Source: an uncultured Oscillospiraceae bacterium
Lineage (GTDB): Bacteria > Bacillota > Clostridia > Oscillospirales > Oscillospiraceae
Direction of reading: 5' to 3'
Assembly (NCBI GenBank): GCA_910585735.1
Contig: CAJUEU010000003.1
Coordinates: forward strand, 22,613 to 86,612
Length of the DNA stretch: 64,000 nucleotides
The translations under genes were made by a program, and so were the position numbers. Shown here piece after piece: positions 34,386 to 43,168 of the stretch (position 1 is its first letter; each line of letters begins with the position of its first letter). The notes under the pieces were generated by a model. The model was not told the origin of the DNA. It searched no databases and was given only the letters and a program-made list of their open reading frames with translations.

Positions 34386-35705
34386 TCACTTCTTGGGCTC
34401 CAGAACCTTTTTCCCGCCCATGTAGGGCCAAAGGACCTCAGGAATCTTTACGGAGCCATCCGCCTGTAGATTGTTCTCCAGCAGGGCAATGAGCATTCGG
34501 GGCGGGGCTACGCAGGTGTTGTTCAGGGTGTGGGCCAGCTGGACCTTGCCCTCAGCGTCCTTGTAACGGATCTTGAGCCTTCTGGCCTGGGCGTCTCCCA
34601 GGTTGGAGCAGGAGCAGACCTCAAAATACTTCTTCTGCCGGGGACTCCAGGCCTCAATGTCGCAGGACTTTACCTTCAGGTCGGCCAGGTCACCCGAGCA
34701 GCACTCCAGCTGCCGGACGGGAATGTCAAAATTGCGGAAGAGCTCCACCGAATACCGCCACATTTTCTCATACCAATCCATGGAATCCTCGGGCTTACAG
34801 ACCACGATCATTTCCTGCTTCTCGAACTGGTGGATGCGGTAAACGCCCCGCTCCTCAATGCCGTGGGAACCCTTCTCCTTGCGGAAGCAGGGGGAGTAGG
34901 AGGTGAGGGTCTGGGGCAGCTTCTCCTCCGGGAGGATCTGGTCAATAAACCGGCCGATCATGGAATGCTCACTGGTGCCGATCAGGTAAAGGTCTTCTCC
35001 CTCGATCTTATACATCATGGAATCCATGTCGGTCTGGGACATGACGCCCTCTACCACGTTGCCGTGGATCATGAAGGGAGGAATGCAGTAGGTGAAGCCC
35101 TTTTCGATCATAAAATCCCGGCCGTAGGCCAGCACCGCCTCGTGGAGCCGGGCGATGTCCCCCAGCAGATAATAGAAGCCGGAGCCCGATACCCGGCCGG
35201 CGGCGTCCAGATCGACACCGTCAAAGGACTCCATAATATCGGTGTGGTAGGGGATCTCAAAATCAGGCACGACAGCCTCTCCAAACCGCTCAACCTCTAT
35301 GTTCTCGCTGTCATCCTTGCCGATGGGAACCGAGGGGTCGATGATGTTGGGAATGGTGAGCATGATCTTTCGGATCTGCTCCTCCAGAGCTTCCACATCC
35401 TTGTCCAGCTGAGCAAGCTTTTCCTCGTCGGCCTTGACGGCGGCCATGTTGGCGTCGATCTGGGCCTGGAGTTTGTCCTTTTCCTCCCCCTCGGCCTTCT
35501 TGAGCTGGCCGAAAAGGGGACCGTTGGCTTTGCTCAGCTTGTTGCGCTGGGCTTTGAGCTCCTCCACCTGGGTGATGGCGGCCCGGCGCTTGGCGTCCAG
35601 GTCAATGACCTGGTCCACCAGGGGGAGCTTCTCGTCCTGGAACTTCTTTTTGATGTTTTCCTTTACGGCCTCGGGATTCTCCCGAATAAAACGGATGTCA
35701 AGCAT
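34386..35705 (-). CDS. serS: serine--tRNA ligase
   Basis: MLDIRFIRENPEAVKENIKKK coiled-coil arm and class II core (SPCFRKEKGSHG..RGVYRIHQFEKQE). Confidence 0.96.
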   Translation of the reverse strand: MLDIRFIRENPEAVKENIKKKFQDEKLPLVDQVIDLDAKRRAAITQVEELKAQRNKLSKANGPLFGQLKKAEGEEKDKLQAQIDANMAAVKADEEKLAQLDKDVEALEEQIRKIMLTIPNIIDPSVPIGKDDSENIEVERFGEAVVPDFEIPYHTDIMESFDGVDLDAAGRVSGSGFYYLLGDIARLHEAVLAYGRDFMIEKGFTYCIPPFMIHGNVVEGVMSQTDMDSMMYKIEGEDLYLIGTSEHSMIGRFIDQILPEEKLPQTLTSYSPCFRKEKGSHGIEERGVYRIHQFEKQEMIVVCKPEDSMDWYEKMWRYSVELFRNFDIPVRQLECCSGDLADLKVKSCDIEAWSPRQKKYFEVCSCSNLGDAQARRLKIRYKDAEGKVQLAHTLNNTCVAPPRMLIALLENNLQADGSVKIPEVLWPYMGGKKVLEPKK

Positions 35706-35965
35706 GATACTCTCTCCTTTGAGTGATTTGTTTGTGGCCCTTTAAGCGGCCCCGCCGCTAACGTGCTAAGGGCTCTGTACCTAGGCGCTTCCGATCAGGC
35801 GGAACTCTCTGACGGGGTTTGCTGAATGGTAGCGGTAGCGGGGCTGAAGGAGCTATTCTAATACTGCACATAAGCCGGAAACAAAATTGGCAATGGCTTT
35901 TCTTGGGGGTCCCGGGGGCCTATTCTTTTCACGAAAAGATGGCCCCCGGGAAATAAAAATCGTAA

Positions 35966-35981
35966 TGTTTCACGTGAAACA
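35966..35981. promoter_or_regulatory. parS centromere-like site (perfect)
   Basis: TGTTTCACGTGAAACA matches the Firmicute parS consensus TGTTNCACGTGAAACA. It extends to the 18-bp palindrome ATGTTTCACGTGAAACAT. Confidence 0.85.
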
Positions 35982-36003
35982 TTGAAAAATTTCTTTCGAG
36001 ATT

Positions 36004-36576
36004 TTACGGTTCCGGGCGGTAGTTCAGCGCATCCAGCAGGGATTGGTATTGGTCGGCGGGGGAGGCGCCCTCCAGGTCCGAAGGGTTGGTACGAGGGAGC
36101 TCCTGAGAAAGGCCGCTGGACTCAAACTCCTTGACCAGCTCCAGGGCGTCCCGCCGGGAGCCCCGGGAGTAGAGCCGCTGGATCCTCCAAAAATAGTCCA
36201 TGGCAGCCAACTGCCGTTCCGCTGCGTCGGCCTGATCGGCCCAAGTCTGGGCCGATTGCTCCAACGCGGTCTTTTCCTGGGTAAGGGAGTTCACCTGGCT
36301 TTCCAGTTCGCTTACCTCCTGCTGGAGCCGCTTGCTCTCGGTCAAAAGATTTTCGATAGATTGCAGGGCGGAGGCTGATTGCTTCATGGCGTCGTCTGTG
36401 GCCTCGGCGCTGGAACGCTGCTGTTGAAAATAGGCCAAACAGAGGAGAAGAAACGCGGCCACAAACATGACCATCAGGTAAATCAAAACCGAGGAGCCCC
36501 GCCGGGCAGGCTGGGTATGCTCAGCCTGGTGCTGAAGCTCCCCGGAGGGTCTGGGACGGCTGGGGTTTCTGCTCAT
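36004..36576 (-). CDS. membrane-anchored coiled-coil protein, translationally coupled to parB
   Basis: TM segment VLIYLMVMFVAAFLLLCLAYF, then heptad-like LQQEVSELESQVNSLTQEKTALEQ. The start overlaps the parB stop (ATGA). Confidence 0.6.
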   Translation of the reverse strand: MSRNPSRPRPSGELQHQAEHTQPARRGSSVLIYLMVMFVAAFLLLCLAYFQQQRSSAEATDDAMKQSASALQSIENLLTESKRLQQEVSELESQVNSLTQEKTALEQSAQTWADQADAAERQLAAMDYFWRIQRLYSRGSRRDALELVKEFESSGLSQELPRTNPSDLEGASPADQYQSLLDALNYRPEP

Positions 36577-37478
36577 TTCTTGGCCTCCTTGACCTGGAGG
36601 TCCTCCAGCAGATCCAGCAGGGCGGCCAAGTCTTCATCCCCGTAATACTCCAGCTCCAGACGGCCCTTGCGCACCCCGTGATGGATGGTGACCTTTCGGG
36701 CCAGCCGGCCGGAGAGGTCTTTGGCGGCGGCTTCCCGGTAGATCTTGTTGGGATCCTCGCCGAAGGACTCCTTGGGCCGGGCGGCGGCTTGCTCATCCAT
36801 ATAACGGATGATCCGCTTGACGGCGTCCTCGGTTTGGCGGACCGAAAGGCCTTCCTCCACGACCCGCTGCGCCAGGTTCCGCTGCTGCCCCGCCTCGGGG
36901 AGGGAGAGGAGGGTCCGGGCGTGACCGGCGGAGAGCTTGCCCTCTTCCAGAAGTGCCTGAACGGCGTCAGGGAGGGCCAGAAGCCGGGAGGCATTGGCGA
37001 CGGCTGACCGGGACTTGCCCACCCGGGTGGCCACCTCCTCCTGGTTCATGCCGAAGTCGGCCATGAGGACCCGGTAACCGTTGGCCTCTTCGATGGGGTT
37101 CAGGTCCTCCCGCTGAAGGTTTTCGATCATGGCCAGCTCAGCGGCCTTACGGTCGTCGGCCTCCACGACCACGGCGGGGACCTCCTTTAGCCCGGCCAGC
37201 TTGGCCGCCCGCCACCGCCGTTCGCCGGCGATGATCTGATAGTAGCCGGAGCTGAGACGACGGACCGTGAGGGGCTGAATGATACCGTGGATCCGAATCG
37301 AGTCGCTGAGGTCCTGAAGGGCTTCGTCCTCAAACCGCTTTCTGGGCTGGTTCATGGCGGGCTGTACCTGAGAAATAGGGAGAAAGAAGGAGCCTTGTCC
37401 CTCCTTTTGCTCCTGAAGGACGGCGTTCTCGCCCAGGAGGGCGCCCAGGCCCTTGCCCAATCCGCCTTTTGCTGCCAT
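36573..37478 (-). CDS. parB: chromosome partitioning protein ParB/Spo0J
   Basis: GLGKGLGALL, NQPRKRFEDEALQDLSDSIRIHGIIQPLTV, IIAGERRWRAAKLAGL, IENLQREDLNPIEEA. Confidence 0.93.
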   Translation of the reverse strand: MAAKGGLGKGLGALLGENAVLQEQKEGQGSFFLPISQVQPAMNQPRKRFEDEALQDLSDSIRIHGIIQPLTVRRLSSGYYQIIAGERRWRAAKLAGLKEVPAVVVEADDRKAAELAMIENLQREDLNPIEEANGYRVLMADFGMNQEEVATRVGKSRSAVANASRLLALPDAVQALLEEGKLSAGHARTLLSLPEAGQQRNLAQRVVEEGLSVRQTEDAVKRIIRYMDEQAAARPKESFGEDPNKIYREAAAKDLSGRLARKVTIHHGVRKGRLELEYYGDEDLAALLDLLEDLQVKEAKK

Positions 37479-37504
37479 AGGAGATCAATCCTTTCTGATG
37501 TAGT

Positions 37505-38263
37505 TTATTTGTTCTTCCCAATGACCTCTTCGGCCAGGGACTTATAGGCTTCGGTGCCCCGGGAATAGGCGTCGTACGCGTCGATGGGCTTGCCGTGGCT
37601 GGGGGCCTCGGAGAGCCGGACGGTGCGGGGGATAACGGTGGCATAGACCTGGCCGGGGAAGTGGCGCTTCACTTCTTCGGCCACCTGCATGCTGAGATTG
37701 GTACGGCTGTCGTACATGGTGAGCAGGACCCCTTCGAGCTCAATCTCCGGGTTAAGGGACCGCTTCACAATGCGCACCGTGCCCAATAGGTCGCTCAGAC
37801 CCTCCAGAGCGTAATACTCACATTGGACGGGGACCAGCACCGAATGGGCGGCACAGAGTCCGTTGAGGGTAAGAAGCTCCAGAGAGGGAGGGCAATCAAT
37901 GAGAATGTAATCGTACCGCGGGGAGACACTTTCCAGAGCTTTTTGAAGCAGGTGTTCCCGGTCGGCCATGCCGATCATCTCAATGCCGGCACCGGCCAAG
38001 GACTTGTTAACGGGGATCACGTCACAGTAAGGGGTGGAGACAATGGCCTTGGCGCAGTCCACGCCCTCTACTAAGACTTCATAAATGCTGGGGTTTGCGG
38101 TGGTCTTGTCCACCCCAAGGCCGGAGGTGGCGTTGGCCTGGGGATCAAAGTCACAGACCAGCACCCGCTTGCCTTGCCGCTGAAGGGCGGAGGCCAGGTT
38201 TACACAGGTGGTAGTTTTGCCCACGCCGCCCTTTTGGTTCACAATGGCGATTCTTTTTGCCAC
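37505..38263 (-). CDS. soj: chromosome partitioning ATPase ParA/Soj
   Basis: IAIVNQKGGVGKTTT deviant Walker A. GTG start at 38263 follows GAAGGA. The longer track ORF would run across a parS-like site. Confidence 0.93.
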   Translation of the reverse strand: MAKRIAIVNQKGGVGKTTTCVNLASALQRQGKRVLVCDFDPQANATSGLGVDKTTANPSIYEVLVEGVDCAKAIVSTPYCDVIPVNKSLAGAGIEMIGMADREHLLQKALESVSPRYDYILIDCPPSLELLTLNGLCAAHSVLVPVQCEYYALEGLSDLLGTVRIVKRSLNPEIELEGVLLTMYDSRTNLSMQVAEEVKRHFPGQVYATVIPRTVRLSEAPSHGKPIDAYDAYSRGTEAYKSLAEEVIGKNK

Positions 38264-38353
38264 GGACCATCCTTCTTTCTCTGTGAATTTTGGATAAATC
38301 CTATTATACCCAGAATTTGACGGGTTTTCAATAGGGAAGGGAGATTTTTTCAA

Positions 38354-38369
38354 TGTTTCACGTGAAACT
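38354..38369. promoter_or_regulatory. parS-like site (15/16)
   Basis: TGTTTCACGTGAAACT, one mismatch at the last base. Confidence 0.7.
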
Positions 38370-38428
38370 TTAGAAAATTCCTCTCCTTTAGAGGGCCCCC
38401 GGCGAATAAGTTCGCCAGGGCCTGCGCT

Positions 38429-38452
38429 AAAAACCTGCCCCCAGCAGGTTTT
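38429..38452 (-). terminator. noc terminator (copy B of the repeated element)
   Basis: Minus strand: AAAACCUGCUGGGGGCAGGUUUUU. Nearly identical to copy A, including flanks. Confidence 0.65.
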
Positions 38453-38463
38453 CTTTACGCTGA

Positions 38464-38479
38464 TGTTTCACGTGAAACA
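38464..38479. promoter_or_regulatory. parS site (perfect)
   Basis: TGTTTCACGTGAAACA, between noc and soj. Confidence 0.85.
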
Positions 38480-38549
38480 TTGGAAAAAGCCCGTCATCCA
38501 ATTTCTGTAATTGGATGACGGGCTACTCAGAAGAAAATAGGAAGGCGGC

Positions 38550-39344
38550 CTACCGGGGAATACGGATGGTAAGACAGATCTCCTCGGGGGTATCCCGGCG
38601 GTCAAAGGCGGCGTTGACTCCGGCAGACTTCATCATGGAGAGGCCCCGGGTCACAGTATTTAAAAAGAGCCGTACATCCTTTAATATAAAGATAGGCTTG
38701 CTTTTGGAAGGGGGCGGAGCCAGAAGGGAATCTACGTAGGCCTCGGTCTGGGAGACAGTAAGACGGTGGGCGGCCAGGTGCCGGGCGGCCTGGATCTGAA
38801 GCTCCGGGGAAGAAAGGGAGAGTAAGGCCCGGGCGTGACGCTCGGTAAAGCCCTTCTCCCGCAGAAGCTTAAGAGCTTCCGGGGAAAGCTTCAGGAGACG
38901 CAGCTTGTTGGCGACAGCGGACTGAGATTTGCCGATCTGCTTGGCCAGGGCCTCCTGGGAAAGCCCGGAGGCGTCCAAAAGAGCCTGGAGGGCCAAAGCC
39001 TCCTCCCAGAAGTCCAGATCTCTCCGCTGGACATTTTCAATGAGGGCCAGAAGGGAGGATTCCTGGGGATCGGCTGAGAGAAGAAGGCAAGGGACCTCCT
39101 TCAGTCCGGCCAGCTTGGCGGCCCGAAGCCGGCGCTCTCCCGCGATGAGCTGGTAGCCCTCCTGCTCGCGGCGGACCGACAAAGGCTGGAGGATGCCATG
39201 GACCGCGATGCTGTGGGACAACTCCTCCAGGGCGGCGGGGTCAAAGTCCCGGCGGGGCTGATTGGGGTTGGGAGAGATGGCCTCGGCGGGGAGAAACAGG
39301 ACACGGCTGCTTTCGAAGAGCCCTTTTTTGCGAAGAAATGGCAT
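38550..39344 (-). CDS. noc: nucleoid occlusion protein Noc (ParB paralogue)
   Basis: ParB-type N-terminal domain (LIAGERRLRAAKLAGL), ANKLRLLKL, FTERHARAL, and a C-terminus (LNTVTRGLSMMKSAGVNAAFDRRDTPEEICLTIRIPR) resembling the B. subtilis Noc C-terminus (from memory). N-terminus MPFLRKKGLF is amphipathic. Confidence 0.85.
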   Translation of the reverse strand: MPFLRKKGLFESSRVLFLPAEAISPNPNQPRRDFDPAALEELSHSIAVHGILQPLSVRREQEGYQLIAGERRLRAAKLAGLKEVPCLLLSADPQESSLLALIENVQRRDLDFWEEALALQALLDASGLSQEALAKQIGKSQSAVANKLRLLKLSPEALKLLREKGFTERHARALLSLSSPELQIQAARHLAAHRLTVSQTEAYVDSLLAPPPSKSKPIFILKDVRLFLNTVTRGLSMMKSAGVNAAFDRRDTPEEICLTIRIPR

Positions 39345-39585
39345 AAAAACCCCTTCTTTCCCGGAAGTTTGGTCTGGATAGTCCGAAAAGACCTTGGATA
39401 TCCAGAGTTTACCAAATTTTTCCAGAAAAAGAAGGGGAAGGGTGTCGAGAGGGAAATATTTCCGCGGGAGTAAAAGGGATTGGGGAAGACGTGTTCTTCT
39501 GCTTTATCATCTATTTGGGAGAGGGGAACATCATTTTGCTTCGCAAAACGATCGTTCCCAGTCGTTTGCGCCAAGCGCAAGCGAC

Positions 39586-40158
39586 TCAGCAAAATGTGAT
39601 GCCGTTCTCGCTCATGGCGGCGATGCGGGCCAGGGACTCCACCCGGAGGCCGGACTGGCGCAGGAGGTCGCCCCCGGGCTGGAAAGCCTTCTCAATGCAG
39701 ATCCCCGCGCCCACCAGGTCGGCCCCCGACTGGTGGACAATGTCCATGAGGCCCTGGAGGGCGGCGCCGTTGGCCAGAAAATCGTCAACGAGAAGCACCC
39801 GGTCGTTGGGGGAGAGGAATTCCTTGGCCACCATGACCTCGTAGTCGGTGCCGTGGGTAAAGGAATGGACCTGGGAGGTGTAGACGCTGCCGTCAATGTT
39901 TTTGGTCTTGCTCTTCTTGGCAAAAAGGACGGGAACGCCGAAGCACTGGGCCACGATACAGGCAATGCCAATGCCTGAAGCCTCGATGGTAAGGATCTTG
40001 GTGATCCCTTCACCGCCAAAAAGGCGGAAAAATTCCTTGCCCATCTCGTTGCAAAGGTCTACGTCGATCTGGTGGTTGAGAAAGCTATCCACTTTAAGTA
40101 CGGAGCCGTGCTCCCGGATCTTGCCATCCTTGCGGATACGGTCTTCTAAAAGCTGCAT
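39586..40158 (-). CDS. xpt: xanthine phosphoribosyltransferase
   Basis: MQLLEDRIRKDGKI...LKVDSFLNHQID...LTIEASGI...VLLVDDFLANGAA. Confidence 0.93.
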   Translation of the reverse strand: MQLLEDRIRKDGKIREHGSVLKVDSFLNHQIDVDLCNEMGKEFFRLFGGEGITKILTIEASGIGIACIVAQCFGVPVLFAKKSKTKNIDGSVYTSQVHSFTHGTDYEVMVAKEFLSPNDRVLLVDDFLANGAALQGLMDIVHQSGADLVGAGICIEKAFQPGGDLLRQSGLRVESLARIAAMSENGITFC

Positions 40159-40392
40159 AGGGGTGAGCCTCCTTGATAGAGAATGAAGAGCTTTTCCATG
40201 GCCTCATCCGTCACGGCTTCGCCGTGCCACCTGTCTCGTCTTCGACTCGGTCAAATCGGTGGACGCGTGCCAGTGGCACGCACCGACCCGTAAACGGGGA
40301 AGGCTTATGACCATTCCTCTATTAGGCTTCCCCATTTATGGGGAAGCTGTCGAGTGAATGCGAGACTGATGAGGCTATTGCAAATAAGTGCC

Positions 40393-41328
40393 TCAAGCCT
40401 GCAAAAAGCCTTTGCCAAAGATCTCGCTGGAGCTGGTGACCAGAATAAAAGCGTGGGGGTCGGTTTTCCGCAGGTGGGAGCGGAGCAGCACCGCCTGGTG
40501 GATGGACAGGACGGTGAGGACCACGTACTCGTCGTGGTGGGTGTAGGCCCCCTTGGCCTCCCAGATGGTGGCGCTGCGGTTCATGCCCTCAATAATAAAC
40601 CGGCAGACATTCTCAGGGCTTCGGGTCACAACCATAAAGGCCTTCTTGCGGTTAAGAGAACCCATGACCCAGTCAATGATGACCGAGTTCAGGGTCAGGC
40701 CCAGCAGGGAGAAGAGGCCGGTCTCAATGTCGAAAACCAAAAGGGCGGCGGCGGCAATAAGCACGTTGGAAAAAAGGAGGGCGTTGCCGACATCCAGGCC
40801 GGAATACTTCCGCAGGATCATGGCCACGATGTCGGTGCCGCCGGTGGAGGCGTCAACGTGAAAGAGGAGAGCGGCTCCAATGGCCGGGAGGAGGATGCCA
40901 AAAAAAAGCTCCAGCATTTTTTGATTGGTGAGGGGGGCGGACAGGGGACAGACCCACTCAAATACCTGGACCAGGCCGGTATAGAGCACGGTGCAGTAGA
41001 TGGTGCGGAAGCCAAAGCCCTTATCCAGGACCAGAAAGCCCATGACCAGAAAGATCACATTGAGAATGGTGTTCATGGTGCTGGAGGTGATGACCTCAGA
41101 GGAGATGAGGTTGCCCAGCAGCACCGAAAGGCCCGCGACGCCGCCGGTGGAAAAATGGTTGGGGAACTTAAAGAAGTAGACGCCCACCGCCACGAGAACC
41201 GAACCCGTGGTCATCACGAGAAAGGTCTTGAGCTGCTCACGGAGGGAGGAGCTTCGGGTGGGAGAGGACTTGGGCGGCTGTGGCTTCTGGGACTGGGGCT
41301 GAACGGGTTGGATAGAATCGTTCTCCAT
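40393..41328 (-). CDS. YitT-family membrane protein with C-terminal DUF2179-like domain
   Basis: FKFPNHFSTGGVAGLSVLLG... repeats and a C-terminal soluble domain (ATIWEAKGAYT...VLTVL). Confidence 0.85.
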   Translation of the reverse strand: MENDSIQPVQPQSQKPQPPKSSPTRSSSLREQLKTFLVMTTGSVLVAVGVYFFKFPNHFSTGGVAGLSVLLGNLISSEVITSSTMNTILNVIFLVMGFLVLDKGFGFRTIYCTVLYTGLVQVFEWVCPLSAPLTNQKMLELFFGILLPAIGAALLFHVDASTGGTDIVAMILRKYSGLDVGNALLFSNVLIAAAALLVFDIETGLFSLLGLTLNSVIIDWVMGSLNRKKAFMVVTRSPENVCRFIIEGMNRSATIWEAKGAYTHHDEYVVLTVLSIHQAVLLRSHLRKTDPHAFILVTSSSEIFGKGFLQA

Positions 41329-41352
41329 AGGGGTCGCCTCCCAAATAAATAC

Positions 41353-43014
41353 TTACCGGCCGGTAAAGACCGTCCAGACATCATAGTGTTCCAGATCAGG
41401 ATAGATGGGGATGGTGCCCAGCCGCCAGACCGACACGCCGGTGACGCCGAAGAGCTTGGCCAGGGAGAGCTTGGCGTCCACGCTTTGAGCGTTTTCAAAC
41501 CACAGCTTATAGTGTTCGCCATCCTCGGTGGTATATTCGATATACGCATTGCGGCTTTCCGCATCCCAGGTGTAGACCGTGTCCTCCTGGTTCAGACGCT
41601 GGGCGATGGTGGTGGGGCCGGGGTGGTAGATGGTGCGCTCGACAAGGAGACCGTTTTCATCCACGTGGAAGCCCGCGGTACCAAAGGAGATCTGGAGGGC
41701 GAGCTTGCTCTTGTCCTGGACCCCGGTATCCGGGTCGGTAATGTGCTGGAGGGCGGTATAAACACGGTCAATGGGAGTTACCGGGCTGTGGGTGCGGTCG
41801 GTGCCCAGATAGTACTCCGGGATGGAGGTCCACTGGTAATCATGGGCCATGAGGATCACCTTGTCACAGTGCTCCCCGATCTCCCGGTAGTCGTAGCCCT
41901 TGTACCAGTCGTCGGGAGGAACGCAGACCCAGAGGGGCTTGTCCGGGGGGAGAGCGGCGCGGAGGTCGGCTAAAAACCGAACAAAGGCGTCTTTATAGGT
42001 CTCGGTCCGCAGGCCCTCAAAGTCAATGGTGAGGCCGGCGTAATCCCCTGAGACGGCCACCAGGGCGTCAATGGCGGCGTAGGCGGTCTCTTCGGAGGAG
42101 AGAAGGAGTTCCAGTACGCTGGTGGCGGTTCCGTCGGCCAGGGTCACGGTTTTATTGGTGTCGGCGTAAACATTCAGGTTGTAAGGGAGCTCAGCCTGGG
42201 CAAACCGTTCCAGGGCAGGGGTGGGGTCCTTGGGGATCACCCAGTCGTTGCCTCCCGCCGAGGTGGAGTTGATCCAGGGGCCGTTCTCCGGGTCGACGCA
42301 CAGACGGGCCCAGCCTACGCTGAGGGCGTCCAAGTCCTCCACACAGTCGATCTGGCTGTAAGAGGAGAAGGCGTAGAAGGCGTGGAGCCAGTCGAGCCTG
42401 GAGGTATAACGCTCGTAGACCCGGACCAGCATGGCGGCGGCCTGCTCCCGGGGGGCGGAGTCGTGGGGAAGGAACACGGTGGTCCCCTCGGGGCCGGGGG
42501 TGCCGTTGGTCATGCCAATGTCCCGGGCTACCGTGATGTAGCCGATGTGTTCGGTGACGTCGGGGAAGGGAGGGTCGGAATTTTCCAGACTTTGAGCCAG
42601 CGGGTCCAAATCCAGGGCCTTTACCAGCATGACGGCCATCTCCTCCCGGGAGATGGGATCCCCGGGGCGGAAGTGGGCGGCGGGGTCGGCCACGCCGTGC
42701 TCCGCGGCGGCGGTGATAAAGCCCTTGGCCCAGTGGCTCTGGATGTCGGGGATGTCCACTACGGCAGGGTCGGCCTCCTCCCAGCCCATCATCCGGCACA
42801 GGACGGTGACGAACTCAGCACGGCTCATGTCCCGGCCCACTCCGAAGGTGCCGTCGGAGTAGCCGTGCATCAGGCCATACTGGTCGGCCTTTTCAATGAC
42901 CTCCTTAGCCCAGTGGGCTTCGGCGTCCGAAAAGGCCAAAGCGGAGGGTGCGGCCACGGCCAAAAGGGAAGCCATCAGCAGGGTGGCGGTGATTTGTTTC
43001 AGACGAAAAAGCAT
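41353..43014 (-). CDS. SLH-domain cell-wall protein with GH18-like (YaaH/YdhD-type) domain
   Basis: Signal peptide, three SLH repeats (FSDAEAHWAKEVIE..., DIQSHWAKGFI..., FPDVTEHIGYI...), and GLTIDFEGL resembling the GH18 DxDxE motif. ATG 43014 follows AAGGAGG. Confidence 0.8.
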   Translation of the reverse strand: MLFRLKQITATLLMASLLAVAAPSALAFSDAEAHWAKEVIEKADQYGLMHGYSDGTFGVGRDMSRAEFVTVLCRMMGWEEADPAVVDIPDIQSHWAKGFITAAAEHGVADPAAHFRPGDPISREEMAVMLVKALDLDPLAQSLENSDPPFPDVTEHIGYITVARDIGMTNGTPGPEGTTVFLPHDSAPREQAAAMLVRVYERYTSRLDWLHAFYAFSSYSQIDCVEDLDALSVGWARLCVDPENGPWINSTSAGGNDWVIPKDPTPALERFAQAELPYNLNVYADTNKTVTLADGTATSVLELLLSSEETAYAAIDALVAVSGDYAGLTIDFEGLRTETYKDAFVRFLADLRAALPPDKPLWVCVPPDDWYKGYDYREIGEHCDKVILMAHDYQWTSIPEYYLGTDRTHSPVTPIDRVYTALQHITDPDTGVQDKSKLALQISFGTAGFHVDENGLLVERTIYHPGPTTIAQRLNQEDTVYTWDAESRNAYIEYTTEDGEHYKLWFENAQSVDAKLSLAKLFGVTGVSVWRLGTIPIYPDLEHYDVWTVFTGR

Positions 43015-43107
43015 AGGGACCTCCTTGTGCGGGGGGTGAAGGGAATAGGGACCCATTTTCTATATTCGAAATTATAGCACGCTTCGACAGGGGGAACAAG
43101 TGGGAAA

Positions 43108-43155
43108 ATAAAAAACAGTTGGTATTCTTTGCGGAAAAGAATACCAACTGTTTTG
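43108..43155 (-). terminator. terminator after the condensation-domain gene
   Basis: 18-bp stem AAAACAGTTGGTATTCTT/AAGAATACCAACTGTTTT with flanking A/T runs. Confidence 0.75.
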
Positions 43156-43168
43156 ATGAGAGGGAGAT

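Noticed and set aside
35761-35845. Short matches to Bacillus scRNA Alu-domain strings (GUGCUAAG, CUGUACCU, GGUAGCGGU) and a T-box-like UGGUAGCGG on the plus strand
   Set aside because: The motifs are in the wrong order for SRP RNA. No domain IV is nearby. No plus-strand gene lies downstream for a T-box. The comparison was recalled from memory only, so I treat the matches as chance.
37505-38353. Long form of the soj ORF (282 aa, start 38353)
   Set aside because: The extra 29 residues are not ParA-like and would place the start adjacent to the parS-like site at 38354. A GTG with a GAAGGA RBS sits just before the Walker A region at 38263.
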